A stretch of DNA of 64,000 bases, from contig JAGCXM010000028.1 in NCBI GenBank assembly GCA_017961325.1, forward strand, positions 21,781 to 85,780. Direction: 5' to 3'. Positions 10,953 to 21,283 of the stretch are shown here, one piece after another. A program made the translations under genes and the position numbers. Origin of the DNA: a bacterium (GTDB lineage Bacteria > UBP6 > UBA1177). The notes below the pieces were generated by a model. It worked only from the letters and a program-made list of their open reading frames with translations, did no database searches and had not been told where the DNA came from. Each line of letters begins with the position of its first letter. Within the stretch, counting starts at the first letter, position 1.

Positions 10953-13481
10953 ATGGACGAATTGATACACGGCAAAATAAAGGATATCGCGATAGAGCAC
11001 TCCATGAAAACGGCGTTCATCGACTATGCGATGAGCGTCATCACCGACAGGTCGCTTCCCGATGTCAGAGACGGTCTGAAACCGGTTCACCGCAGAGTGC
11101 TCTTCGCAATGAAGGAACTCGGAAACACCTACAACGCGGCTTACAAAAAGTCTGCGAGGATCGTCGGCGACGTCATCGGTAAATACCATCCGCACGGCGA
11201 CCAGGCTGTCTACCAGACTTTGGTCAGAATGGCTCAGGATTTCTCGATGCGTTACACGCTCGTTGACGGTCAGGGCAACTTCGGCTCGGTCGACGGTGAC
11301 GGCGCGGCTGCAATGAGGTACACCGAGGCGAGAATGGCGAAGATCGCAGGCGAGATCATGGCCGACCTCGACAAGGACACCGTCAATATGCGCGACAACT
11401 ACGACGGCAGTCTGCAGGAACCGGAAGTAATGCCGACGAAAATCCCCGAACTTCTCGTCAACGGAACGAGCGGTATCGCAGTCGGTATGGCGAGCAACAT
11501 CCCGCCGCACAACATCACCGAAGCTGTAAACGCAACTATCCACCTTATCGACAACCCCGACGCCGACATTCCCGAGCTTATGGAATTCATCACGGGCCCC
11601 GACTTCCCGACCGGCGGCTCGATCCTCGGCAAAGCGGGCATCAGAGCAGCTTACGAAACGGGCAAAGGCATCATCAAGATCCGCTCGAAAGCTACTATCG
11701 AGCTCGGTCAGAACGGTGCACGTGACCGCATAATCATCCACGAAATTCCTTATCAGGTAAATAAGGCGAACATGATAATCCAGATCGCCGAACTCGTTAA
11801 GGAAAAGAAACTCGAAGGGATCCACGACATCCGCGACGAGTCGGGCAGACGCGAAAAGATCAGAGTCGTCATCGAACTCAAGAAGGACGCAGACCCGAAC
11901 ATCCTGCTCAACCAGCTCTTCAAAATGACGCAGCTTCAGGTTTCCTTCGGCATCAACATGCTCGCAATCTGCAACGGAATCCCGAAGACGATCAACCTCA
12001 AGGACGCGCTTCACTACTTCATCCTTCACAGAAAGGACGTCGTCACGAGAAGGACCCGTTACGAACTTGCCGAAGCGGAAAAACGCGCACACATCTTGGA
12101 AGGACTCAAGATCGCGATCGACAACATCGACGAAGTCGTTCACATCATCAGATCGTCCGCATCGACTGACGATGCAAGGATCAATTTGATGGACAGATTC
12201 GGCCTTTCGAAGCTTCAGGCGAACGCCATCCTCGATATGAAACTGAGCAGACTCACCGGTTTGGAAAGAGACAAAATCATTGCCGAACTCGAAGAGCTCT
12301 ACAAAAAGATCGAATGGTACAAGGAGATCCTTGCAAACGAGCACGTTCTTTTCGGCGTAATCAAGGACGAACTCAAGGAAATCAAGGAGAAATACGGCGA
12401 CGAGAGAAAGACCGACATCGTCAACTACGACGGCGACATCGACATTGAAGACCTCATTGCCGACGACGACATGGTCGTAACGCTCACGACTGAAAACTAC
12501 ATCAAACGCACTCCGCTTGACCTCTACCGCAAGCAGAAACGCGGCGGAAAGGGCATCAACGCGATAAATCCGAAGGAAAACGACTACGTCAAGAACATTT
12601 TCGTCGCAAGCAGCCATACTCTCCTTCTTCTCTTCACATCGTTCGGCAAAGTTTACTGGACAAAAGTCCATCAGCTTCCCGAAGCGACGAGAAACAGCCG
12701 CGGCAAACCGATAATCAACCTCGTAAACATTGAAAAGGACGAGAAAATCGCGGCAGTTCTTCCGATAAAGGATTTCGTTGAAGGCGAATTCATAATGATG
12801 GGAACCAGAAACGGAACCGTCAAGAAGACCGACATCATGGAATACAAGACCCAGAGAACGAACGGCAAGAAGGCGATCAAACTCAACGAAGGCGACGAGC
12901 TTATCGAAGTCAAGATCACGAAAGGAAACGACGATGTCGTTCTTGCAACGAAAAAAGGTCTCAGCATCCGTTTCAACGAAAACGACGTCAGACCGATGGG
13001 CCGTGTTGCGGCAGGTGTCCGCGGTATCAGAATCAACAGCGATGACGAAGTCGTCACGATGGACGTTATCGAAGAGGGAACGACGCTTCTTTCGATCACC
13101 GACAAAGGTATCGGAAAACGCACTCCGGTCGAAGATTACAGGCTTCAGTCGAGAGGCGGCAAAGGCATCATCACGATCAAGACTTCCGAAGAAAACGGAT
13201 ACGTCGTCGGCGTTCTCAAAGTCAGCCAGAACGACGAGGCTATGCTCATCACTTCAAACGGTCAGGCGATCAGAATTCCGGTCAGCGGCATCAGCGTGAT
13301 CGGCAGGAACACGAAGGGCGTCAGACTCTTCAAAGTCGAAAACGGCGAACTTGTCGTTTCCGTCACGAAGATCATCGATCCGGAAGACCTGCAGCCGGAA
13401 TCGGGCAATACCACCGGTGTTCTTGATTCCGGAAACGTCGCTGAACCGCAGTTCGACGAACCGGAAGAAAACGAAGAATAA
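10953..13481 (+). CDS. gyrA: DNA gyrase subunit A
   Basis: [25 protein letters not shown]...[10 protein letters not shown] active-site region; C-terminal beta-pinwheel repeats; 842 aa. Confidence 0.95.
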   Translation: MDELIHGKIKDIAIEHSMKTAFIDYAMSVITDRSLPDVRDGLKPVHRRVLFAMKELGNTYNAAYKKSARIVGDVIGKYHPHGDQAVYQTLVRMAQDFSMRYTLVDGQGNFGSVDGDGAAAMRYTEARMAKIAGEIMADLDKDTVNMRDNYDGSLQEPEVMPTKIPELLVNGTSGIAVGMASNIPPHNITEAVNATIHLIDNPDADIPELMEFITGPDFPTGGSILGKAGIRAAYETGKGIIKIRSKATIELGQNGARDRIIIHEIPYQVNKANMIIQIAELVKEKKLEGIHDIRDESGRREKIRVVIELKKDADPNILLNQLFKMTQLQVSFGINMLAICNGIPKTINLKDALHYFILHRKDVVTRRTRYELAEAEKRAHILEGLKIAIDNIDEVVHIIRSSASTDDARINLMDRFGLSKLQANAILDMKLSRLTGLERDKIIAELEELYKKIEWYKEILANEHVLFGVIKDELKEIKEKYGDERKTDIVNYDGDIDIEDLIADDDMVVTLTTENYIKRTPLDLYRKQKRGGKGINAINPKENDYVKNIFVASSHTLLLLFTSFGKVYWTKVHQLPEATRNSRGKPIINLVNIEKDEKIAAVLPIKDFVEGEFIMMGTRNGTVKKTDIMEYKTQRTNGKKAIKLNEGDELIEVKITKGNDDVVLATKKGLSIRFNENDVRPMGRVAAGVRGIRINSDDEVVTMDVIEEGTTLLSITDKGIGKRTPVEDYRLQSRGGKGIITIKTSEENGYVVGVLKVSQNDEAMLITSNGQAIRIPVSGISVIGRNTKGVRLFKVENGELVVSVTKIIDPEDLQPESGNTTGVLDSGNVAEPQFDEPEENEE

Positions 13482-13497
13482 CCTCACCCCTTTTATT

Positions 13498-13527
13498 CCC
13501 CTCTCCAGCGTGGAGAGGGGATTTTCT
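13498..13527 (+). terminator. Rho-independent terminator after gyrA: 10-bp perfect stem cccctctcca/tggagagggg, 3-nt loop, then ATTTTCT
   Basis: Perfect GC-rich hairpin plus T-tract 17 nt after the gyrA stop. A second imperfect, related hairpin lies at 13573-13597. Confidence 0.7.
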
Positions 13528-13615
13528 GAAATTTATTTCTCCATGTTTTTTCTGTCTCTTGCCTGAATTTTTCTCCCTTCGCCACAATGGAGAAGGGTGG
13601 GAATGAAGGCTTGTT

Positions 13616-14788
13616 TTAATGCCGGAATTTTTTCAACAAAGGTTTTAAAACGAGTTCCTTAACGAGAAGAATCACAAAAACGACGCTTGACGCTATTTCC
13701 CACCATGATGCACCTTCTCCGTGGTGATGCGCGCTCATTGCATCCGGCAGATATGCCGTAAACCACTCTCTCGGAAGGGCGTAATCGACGACAAAACCGA
13801 AAGCGACGGCTCCGGCAACTATCGAAATCAGGTAAATCAGCAGAGTCTTTCTGCCCATTGCCTTGCCGACGACGAGAATCGAAGCGGCATTCACGGCAGG
13901 TCCCGCCATCAGCATGACGAGCGCGGCTCCCGGCGTCATCCCCTTTATCATCAACGCAACGGCAATCGGAATAGAACCTGTTGCGCAGATATACATCGGA
14001 ACTGCGACGACAAGTACGGCAAGCATATTTATGACAGGGATGTTTGCAAACTGCGTGAAAAAGGTGTCCGGAACGAAAACAGTGATCAGACCTGCCGCGA
14101 CAAGGCCGAAAACGAGCCGTTTGCCGACATCGCCTATCATGTTGGAAAAACCGTATTCGAAAACGCGGCGGATTCTGCTTTTTTCCTTATTCCCGCGGCC
14201 GTGTTCATGCTCATGACCGCAGCAGTCGTGGTCATTCCCGCCATGATGATGGCAGCAGCACTCATCATCGTCGCAGTCGTGATCATGACAGCAGCATTCA
14301 TCACTGTCTGGTTCAAGTATTTGATTTTTTTCATCTTTTGTCTGAAATGCATTGGTCAGGAAACCGCCGAAAATAGCCGTTACGAATGCTGCGAGCGGAC
14401 GGATAACGGCAAAAGGCAGACCCATGAGAGAATATGTCGCGATTATCGAATCGACGCCCGTCTGAGGAGTCGAAATCAGAAACGAAACGGTCGCACCTTT
14501 GGAAGCTCCTTCCTTCTGCAGTGAAACGGCCGTCGGAATGACACCGCACGAGCAGAGGGGAAGAGGAACGCCGAAAAGAGCCGACAGAATCACCGATTTC
14601 GCGTTGTTCCCGCCGAGATATTTGTGGTAGAAATCCTTCGGAACATAGACGTGAAGAAGTCCTGCGACAAAAAATCCGAACAGAAGATAAGGTGACATCT
14701 GATGAAGAATGTAGGTAAATGCCGAAAAATCCATTTTTCTCTCCAAGTATTTAAGAATATTAAATAAATATTCAAATCTAAAGAACAT
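13616..14788 (-). CDS. Permease of the DUF318/ArsP-like family with a Cys/His-rich (CCCHDHDCDDDECCCHHHGGNDHDCCGHEHEHG) loop, likely a metal (Cu/Zn-type) transporter
   Basis: N-terminal LFGVPLPLCSCGVIPTAVSL...GASKGATVSFLISTPQTGVDSI, typical of this permease family; two-repeat TM topology. Confidence 0.65.
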   Translation of the reverse strand: MFFRFEYLFNILKYLERKMDFSAFTYILHQMSPYLLFGFFVAGLLHVYVPKDFYHKYLGGNNAKSVILSALFGVPLPLCSCGVIPTAVSLQKEGASKGATVSFLISTPQTGVDSIIATYSLMGLPFAVIRPLAAFVTAIFGGFLTNAFQTKDEKNQILEPDSDECCCHDHDCDDDECCCHHHGGNDHDCCGHEHEHGRGNKEKSRIRRVFEYGFSNMIGDVGKRLVFGLVAAGLITVFVPDTFFTQFANIPVINMLAVLVVAVPMYICATGSIPIAVALMIKGMTPGAALVMLMAGPAVNAASILVVGKAMGRKTLLIYLISIVAGAVAFGFVVDYALPREWFTAYLPDAMSAHHHGEGASWWEIASSVVFVILLVKELVLKPLLKKFRH

Positions 14789-14881
14789 CCCGAGAAAACT
14801 CAGCCATATTATCTAACAAAATTAGCTATAGTCAACCAGTAAGATGAAAATTTTTTCTCTTTTGTTGTTATGAAGAATTTT

Positions 14882-16168
14882 TTAACGGAACAGATGGCAG
14901 AAGGCGACAGCTGCCATAATTCCCGCAAAGTCGGCGCAAAGTGCCGCGGGAAGAGCATGACGGCTGTTTTTTATGTTTACCGCACCGAAGTAAAGTGCCA
15001 GAACGTAAAAGGTCGTTTCTGTAGATCCCTGCATTACCGAAACCAGGAAAGAAAGGAACGAATCGGGCTCGTTTCCTACGATCTGGCTCATTATTCCGAA
15101 TGCCCCGCTTCCGGAAAGAGGTCTCATCAGCGCCATCGGAAGAGCTTCCGCCGGCATTCCTACCAGACTGGTGACGGGATTTAAAAATCGGATCATTATA
15201 TCCATCGCGCCGCTCGCCTTGAACATTCCGACAGCTGCGAAGATCGCGACCATGAAAGGGATTATCCTCACTGCGGTGTTGAAGCCTTCTTTAGCGCCGC
15301 TGCACAGGGTTTCGTAGATTTTCACGTTTTTCAGATATCCGAAAATAAGTATTGCGGCAACGATTACAGGAATGAGCCAGTCGGAAACTGCTTTTGTCGC
15401 TTTCGTGAAACTGAGAGTGCTTAGGTCAGACGTGGCAATCCGGCAGATCATTCCGGCAAGAATGACGAGGACAAATAGCAGAACAACGATTTTTTTCCTG
15501 TTCAATGCTTTGTTTTCTTCAACTTCAGGCTCCTTTTCTTCGATCTCAGCCGGAGTTTCGCTCATTGTGCAGTCGGGAGTTCCTCTCTGCATGAGTTTTG
15601 TAGCTATTATTGCAACCGTTGTCGAAACTATCGTCGCTAAAAGCGTCGGGATCAGTATAGAAGCGGGGTCTTTTGCACCTGCCGCCGCGCGGATCGTGAT
15701 GACGCCGAGCGGAAGGAGGGTTACGCTTGAAGTGTTTATCGCCAGAAAAAGGCACATCGCATTCGTCGCGCGCCCTTTTTCACCGTTGAGTTTGTCGAGT
15801 TCCTGCATAGCGTTGATGCCGAAAGGAGTAGCAGCGTTTCCCATTCCGAGCATGTTCGCCGACATGTTCATAACCATCGCGCCGACTGCGGGATGATCTT
15901 TCGGGATTTCGGGAAAAAGTTTCGACATCACCGGCCGGACTATTTTTGCAATGATCTTAAGTGCTCCTGCCGCTTCGAGAACTTTCATCATTCCGAGCCA
16001 GAAAGCCATCGAGCCGATAAGTCCTATCGCCAGCATGACCGCTGCCTTCGATTCTTCAAAAAGGGCGAGAGTGATTTCACTCATTTTGCCGAGCCATGCG
16101 GCCGAGGCGATCGAAATAAGGATTATGGAAAACCAGATGATGTTGATTGCGGAAGCTTTTTCTTTCAT
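14882..16168 (-). CDS. Nucleoside-recognition (Gate) domain membrane protein, SpmA/SpmB-like fusion. The ORF extends to 16204 but the start is probably the ATG at 16166-16168, which avoids overlap with the upstream gene.
   Basis: Two Gate-domain halves; C-terminal GSTETTFYVLALYFGAVNIKNSRHAL, typical of SpmB. Confidence 0.65.
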   Translation of the reverse strand: MKEKASAINIIWFSIILISIASAAWLGKMSEITLALFEESKAAVMLAIGLIGSMAFWLGMMKVLEAAGALKIIAKIVRPVMSKLFPEIPKDHPAVGAMVMNMSANMLGMGNAATPFGINAMQELDKLNGEKGRATNAMCLFLAINTSSVTLLPLGVITIRAAAGAKDPASILIPTLLATIVSTTVAIIATKLMQRGTPDCTMSETPAEIEEKEPEVEENKALNRKKIVVLLFVLVILAGMICRIATSDLSTLSFTKATKAVSDWLIPVIVAAILIFGYLKNVKIYETLCSGAKEGFNTAVRIIPFMVAIFAAVGMFKASGAMDIMIRFLNPVTSLVGMPAEALPMALMRPLSGSGAFGIMSQIVGNEPDSFLSFLVSVMQGSTETTFYVLALYFGAVNIKNSRHALPAALCADFAGIMAAVAFCHLFR

Positions 16169-18510
16169 TAATTGATCATTAAAATGCGTTTGCCGCGTCC
16201 GCATTCATCGGGTTTTGTCTGATTCTGCGAGAATGAGACCGGATTGATCTCTCCGATTTTGTCAAAGAAATCTACTACGGCGTCACGAAGGGAAACCGAG
16301 GTGTCGAGACGCGTCGTATTTGCTTCAAGCATGTAGAATCCGCTGCCGCCGCGACCCATGTAGTCGTTTGTAGCCATTTTGAAAAGCAGATTCGGAAGGA
16401 GAACTTCATAGTTGTCGATGACGAGCGTGTCGCCGATCTGCAGACACTTCGTCAGAGCGTATGAATTGTGCTTTTTCTGAAGTTCTTCGCTCGGGTTGCA
16501 GTCCAGTTCAACGCCGATTCCTGCAACCTGAACCTGTGTTTTGCATCCGCGCGTCGCAGATTTTCTCGCAACGAAGTCAAAAAGCGTTTTCAGCTCGTTG
16601 CCGCTCAGATACATCGTCGTTATCGAGTTCTCGAACGGGAAAACTTCGTAGAGTTTTTCAAGGGTTATATCGCCTGTCGGAATGTCGGCTCTGATACCCA
16701 TCGAGTTCGTTACGCAGAGTTGTGCTCTTGCCAGTTCATGGTTCATCATCGCGTCGGTAACGATATTTCCGAGAGGACTGTCACCGTTGGCCGGATCGTT
16801 TCTGACGATCGTCGATGTCGCATATCCCACTTTTTTCTGGAGATACTGCGAATAGTCGAGCCCCTGAACATAAGGTCTAAGCATATTCACGAAATCGCCG
16901 TTTTCGGCAACTTTTTCAGTGATTGCGTGGGTTGCATATTTGTGCCATACGATTCTCTTGTTCTGCACTGCAATCTCAAGTTCTCCGACGACTTTGAGGT
17001 TTACTCCGCTGTGGACGACGATAACGTCTCTTCCGTCCGGACCTTTGAGGACTTTCGGCGGATCGAGAACGACATGGTGGTGACCGCCGAGAATAAGGTC
17101 GACGCCCTTGACGTTTTCCGCGATTTTGTAGTCACCGTCAAGTCCCTGATGCGAAAGGACGACTACTATGTCAACAAGCGGACGAAGACTGTTGACGTAG
17201 GTTTGTGTAGTTTCTATCGGGTCCATGAAGTTGAATCCTATACTGCCGCCTACCTGATATCCCGAATTTATCGAACTGTCGTTTGCAACGCCGACTATAC
17301 CGACGGTAAGTCCGCCGGCCATCACGATCAGATAAGGTGATGAGATGTCCATAAGCCCCTTGTGACCGTCGTTGTCAAAGAGATAATTCGAAGCGAGAAG
17401 AGGAAATCCTCCCGACTTTTTGTAAGCCGAAACGAGTCCGCCGGTGCCGTTGTCGAATTCATGGTTTCCGATAACCATCGCGTCAACTCCGAGTTTCTGC
17501 ATCGAAAGCATCTCGACTTCGCCTTTGTAGAGGTTGAATTCCGGTGCGCCCTGAAAAGTGTCGCCGCTGTCGAGGAAGAGAACCGGAACGCCGTCGCGCT
17601 CGTGTTTTGCCCTGATTCCGTCGATCAGAGTCTTTGCTCTTGCAATGCCGCCGGTATTGATGAGTCCAGGGCGGTAGTCGCTGTAATCGCATTTCCCGTC
17701 GAGATTGATGTCTTCGCTCTCTTTTTCGGCTTTGATCATCGCCTGCTCATATGAAAGATCATCATCAAAATTCTTGCGGAGAATCAGGCTGCCTTTTTCA
17801 TCACGCCAGGTTCTTCTCAGCGAATCGTAGGGATAATCGCACTTTCCGTTGTGGTTGCGGTCATAGACAAGCGCACAGTCGTCAGTGTCGCAGCGGTTGT
17901 CGAAGTTTATATCTTCTGATTTGTCGCATTCGCCGTTTTTGTTCGTATCCCAGCAGGTGAGATATGCGGTCGAATAGGGATCCCAGCAGTCACCCGAACC
18001 GCATCCCAGACCTGTCTGTGCGACGGGGTCGAAATCCAGATTTTCTTCCGGGTCGCAGATGTTGTTGCGGTTTTTGTCCCAGCATCTCTGGCAGTCGAGC
18101 ACATCGCATCTGCCGTCCTCGTTGATGTCTTCGATTACTTTTGTCGGGTCATCAGAGTAGTAGCCTTTTGATAACAATTCTTCTTTCGTGTAGTATGCAT
18201 ACTTGCCGTTTTCGTAGACCTGATACTTGCCGGTGTCAGCATTGTATGCGCCGTTGCAGTAGGAGCCTCCGCCGCTGTAATCAAGATCCCAGCAAGGCGG
18301 ATTGCTTGACTGGAGTCCCATGTTTCTGTCGAACATATTGGGTTCCATCCAGAACGGAAGATACTTTCCGTGAGTGTCTGTGGTGTGGATAAACACCAGC
18401 TTCTGCGGAAGACCTTCGTCAACGGGTGCACCGCCGTAACTGTTGTCAAAACATGAAGTTAAGAAGAAGCACGAAAAAAAAAATGAAACTAAAATTTTGA
18501 AAGATTTCAT
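16168..18510 (-). CDS. Secreted bifunctional metallophosphatase / 5'-nucleotidase (UshA family) with an N-terminal extension of thrombospondin-type-3-like Ca-binding aspartate repeats
   Basis: LDSGDTFQG, GNHEFDNG, GGHHHV metallophosphatase motifs; N-terminal signal peptide; DxDxDGxCD-type repeats in aa ~40-260. Confidence 0.8.
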   Translation of the reverse strand: MKSFKILVSFFFSCFFLTSCFDNSYGGAPVDEGLPQKLVFIHTTDTHGKYLPFWMEPNMFDRNMGLQSSNPPCWDLDYSGGGSYCNGAYNADTGKYQVYENGKYAYYTKEELLSKGYYSDDPTKVIEDINEDGRCDVLDCQRCWDKNRNNICDPEENLDFDPVAQTGLGCGSGDCWDPYSTAYLTCWDTNKNGECDKSEDINFDNRCDTDDCALVYDRNHNGKCDYPYDSLRRTWRDEKGSLILRKNFDDDLSYEQAMIKAEKESEDINLDGKCDYSDYRPGLINTGGIARAKTLIDGIRAKHERDGVPVLFLDSGDTFQGAPEFNLYKGEVEMLSMQKLGVDAMVIGNHEFDNGTGGLVSAYKKSGGFPLLASNYLFDNDGHKGLMDISSPYLIVMAGGLTVGIVGVANDSSINSGYQVGGSIGFNFMDPIETTQTYVNSLRPLVDIVVVLSHQGLDGDYKIAENVKGVDLILGGHHHVVLDPPKVLKGPDGRDVIVVHSGVNLKVVGELEIAVQNKRIVWHKYATHAITEKVAENGDFVNMLRPYVQGLDYSQYLQKKVGYATSTIVRNDPANGDSPLGNIVTDAMMNHELARAQLCVTNSMGIRADIPTGDITLEKLYEVFPFENSITTMYLSGNELKTLFDFVARKSATRGCKTQVQVAGIGVELDCNPSEELQKKHNSYALTKCLQIGDTLVIDNYEVLLPNLLFKMATNDYMGRGGSGFYMLEANTTRLDTSVSLRDAVVDFFDKIGEINPVSFSQNQTKPDECGRGKRILMIN

Positions 18511-18530
18511 GGAATCTCCGAAAAATTATT

Positions 18531-20846
18531 TTATTTTACATCATTTGCATCAACAATAACAAGACCAGGAACGCCGTAAGTTACGTCATAAACACCGCTT
18601 ATTTTGCTGACTTTGTCACCTGCTTTGAGAGAGAGATTGATTGAGAAAGTCTTGGGTTTGATTACCACGCCGTTTGTGAAAGTAACATTTTTATTTCCAT
18701 CAACTGATTCAACTTCTAAATTTGTGTCGGTCAGTTCAATGAAAGTTCCCTTGTCTTTTTCTGCAAGGTCTGCATAAGCTTTTTTTACAGCTGCAGGAAC
18801 CGTTCCAGTTCCGGTCTTTGTGATTGAACCTACGTTTTTCGCGTTTTTGATTTCCCACTGTTTGCCGTAGAAATCAATTTGACCTTCGATTGTTACTTTG
18901 TCACCTTTTGCAGGAGCTTTGTCTGATGTGACTCTGTAAATGTAAAGTCCGCTGTAATCTCCTGTTGTTCCGTCGGAAACATAGAATGTGTAACCGGTTG
19001 TGTCGTCATCAAAAGTCTGTGAAACGACAGGAGTGATAACTATCGCGTTTTCGATTTTAACAAGATCTTCTTTTGCTTTCGTTCCGCTCTGAATTTCTTT
19101 GATTGTTGCGGGTTCGCAAGTGTCAGTATCGTCATCATTCGTGTCGCCGGTATCAGTGTCATTGTCGTTGCCGGTGTCGCCGGTGTCAGTGTTGTCGTCG
19201 TTGGTTGTGTCGCCGGTGTCTCCGGTGTCTTCAACCAGGTCTTCTTCTGTTGTCGGCGCAAGTTCGTAAGCGTCGTAGGTATACATCAAAACGCCTTGAA
19301 TGGATTCGAATTTTTTGCCGGCCGTTCTTTTCCCGGAGTAGTAGTACAGATTCTTGTAGATTGCGAGATCGTCGGTAACGGTGAATGCGCCGTGACAGAT
19401 GTTTTCTTCAACGATTGCAACATCGTTTACCTTTACAAGAACGCCTTCGTATTCTTTTGCCTTTTCGCCGTGCTGTTTGCTTGAGGTCCAGCCTGCTTTG
19501 CAGGAATCCGTAACTTTTTCAGGATCGGTTATGAAAGGAGTTGCAATGTCTTTTGATGCAACTTCAGCTGGTTCGGGAAGAGCGACGTTTTCTCCAAGTT
19601 TTGTGATATTGCCTTCCTGTGTTTCAATTTGCGGAGCGCCGTAGTATTTTTTGTAAGTTCCAGTTATTTCGAGCTTGTCCCCGATTTTGCAAAAATCAAC
19701 GGCAGCGTTTTTGACAAAAACATAAATTCCGGAATAAGGTTCTGCTTTAGGAATGATTTCTGAAACATAGAATGCTTTGATTCCGGTGTTTTCATGGGTC
19801 TGGCTGTCCTGGATATATTCAATACCCGTAACAACACATTCACTGATTTTAACCTCTTTGCCCTCCTTATCCTCGCTTTTGATTTCCCGAATCTTGCTTT
19901 CTTCGTAAATGATGGGGGCTTCAACCAGGTCTTCTTCTGTTGTCGGCGCAAGTTCGTAAGCGTCGTAGGTATACATCAAAACGCCTTGAATGGATTCGAA
20001 TTTTTTGCCGGTCGTTCTTTTCCCGGAGTAGTAGTACAGATTCTTGTAGATTGCGAGATCGTCGGTAACGGTGAATGCACCGTGACAGATGTTTTCTTCA
20101 ACGATTGCAACATTATTTACTTTTACAAGAACGCCTTCGTATTCTTTTGCCTTTTCGCCGTGCTGTTTGCTTGAAGTCCAGCCTGCTTTGCAGGAATCCG
20201 TAACTTTTTCAGGATCGGTTATGAAAGGAGTTGCAATGTCTTTTGCTGCAACTTCAATAGGTTCGGGAAGAGCGACGCTTTCTTCAAGTTTTTTGATATT
20301 GTCTTCTGTTGTTTCAATTTGCGGACCGCCGTAGTATTTTTTATAAGTTCCAGTTATTTCGAGCTTGTTGCCGATTTTGCAAAAATCAACGGCAGCGTTT
20401 TTGACGAAAACATAAATTCCTGAATAAGGCTTTGCTTCAGGAATGATTTCGGAAACATAGAATGCTTTGATTCCGGTGTTTTCATGGGTCTGGCTGTCCT
20501 GAATATATTCAATACCCGTAACAACACATTCACTGATTTTAACCTCTGAACCTTCGTCATCCTTGATTTTGATTATTTGAATTTCACCGCTGTAGGTTTC
20601 ATCGCAGTCATCATCACAGTCAGTAACGGTATCACCTTCAGGTCTACCGCAGTCATCATCATCACAGTCAGTATCGGTATCACCTTCAGGTCTACCGCAG
20701 TCATCATCACAGTCATTGACAGTGTCGCCGGTGTCGTCGGTGTCGCCACACTTATCGCCTTTGCATGTTGTGCCGCATGCAATCGTAAACAGGCACAAAG
20801 CCAAAACGATCAGTGGAACCAGAAACTTTTTCATTTTTTTCTCCAT
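18531..20846 (-). CDS. Lipoprotein of unknown function built from three copies of a ~230-aa module; two copies are ~95% identical at the DNA level
   Basis: Signal peptide plus lipobox (LFTIAC); Asp/Thr/Cys-rich linkers; 690-bp tandem duplication 19231-19920 / 19921-20610. Confidence 0.6.
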   Translation of the reverse strand: MEKKMKKFLVPLIVLALCLFTIACGTTCKGDKCGDTDDTGDTVNDCDDDCGRPEGDTDTDCDDDDCGRPEGDTVTDCDDDCDETYSGEIQIIKIKDDEGSEVKISECVVTGIEYIQDSQTHENTGIKAFYVSEIIPEAKPYSGIYVFVKNAAVDFCKIGNKLEITGTYKKYYGGPQIETTEDNIKKLEESVALPEPIEVAAKDIATPFITDPEKVTDSCKAGWTSSKQHGEKAKEYEGVLVKVNNVAIVEENICHGAFTVTDDLAIYKNLYYYSGKRTTGKKFESIQGVLMYTYDAYELAPTTEEDLVEAPIIYEESKIREIKSEDKEGKEVKISECVVTGIEYIQDSQTHENTGIKAFYVSEIIPKAEPYSGIYVFVKNAAVDFCKIGDKLEITGTYKKYYGAPQIETQEGNITKLGENVALPEPAEVASKDIATPFITDPEKVTDSCKAGWTSSKQHGEKAKEYEGVLVKVNDVAIVEENICHGAFTVTDDLAIYKNLYYYSGKRTAGKKFESIQGVLMYTYDAYELAPTTEEDLVEDTGDTGDTTNDDNTDTGDTGNDNDTDTGDTNDDDTDTCEPATIKEIQSGTKAKEDLVKIENAIVITPVVSQTFDDDTTGYTFYVSDGTTGDYSGLYIYRVTSDKAPAKGDKVTIEGQIDFYGKQWEIKNAKNVGSITKTGTGTVPAAVKKAYADLAEKDKGTFIELTDTNLEVESVDGNKNVTFTNGVVIKPKTFSINLSLKAGDKVSKISGVYDVTYGVPGLVIVDANDVK
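19231..20610. repeat. Two tandem ~690-bp units, ~95% identical, inside CDS 18531..20846
   Basis: Direct comparison of the 19231... and 19921... segments shows only scattered substitutions until the copies diverge near 19865/20555. Confidence 0.85.
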
Positions 20847-20950
20847 AAAAAATTATTAAAGTATTTTCAAAGCTTCAAAGAACAAACAGTGGATTATACA
20901 CGGAACTAAATTTTTTGAAAGGAAAAATTTGCTCCGCTAACTACGCGAAT

Positions 20951-21274
20951 TTATAAATATCTTTTGACTAAATCGTCAAGAACCTCTTTCGGGACAAGAC
21001 CGATCTGACCGTCGATCTCTTCGCCGTTTTTGAAGACTTTGACGCACGGGATGCCGCGGATTTTGTATTTGAACGAAAGTTCCATGTTCTCGTCGGTATT
21101 GACCTTTACGAACTTGACATTCGTATTCCCTTCGTAGTTGTTTGAAAGCTCTTCGAAAATCGGTCCAAGCATTTTGCACGGTCCGCACCACGGAGCCCAG
21201 AAGTCAACGACTGCGATACCTTTGAAATCGACGACTTCCGCCTGAAAAGTTTCTTCGTTTGCATGAATAAGCAT
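20951..21274 (-). CDS. trxA: Thioredoxin
   Basis: WAPWCGPCK active site; 107 aa. Confidence 0.9.
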   Translation of the reverse strand: MLIHANEETFQAEVVDFKGIAVVDFWAPWCGPCKMLGPIFEELSNNYEGNTNVKFVKVNTDENMELSFKYKIRGIPCVKVFKNGEEIDGQIGLVPKEVLDDLVKRYL

Positions 21275-21283
21275 TGTTCCCTC

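Noticed and set aside
13721-14524. 267-aa plus-strand ORF rich in Arg/His/Cys
   Set aside because: Antisense to the DUF318 permease; its composition reflects the reverse complement of the Cys/His-rich loop.
16468-17340. 290-aa plus-strand ORF antisense to the 5'-nucleotidase gene
   Set aside because: Shadow ORF; the nucleotidase frame carries all recognisable motifs.
19231-20610. Possible diversity-generating retroelement (template/variable repeat pair)
   Set aside because: The repeats are 690 bp and differ at scattered positions, not adenine-specific ones; no reverse transcriptase or accessory gene nearby. This fits a simple tandem domain duplication.
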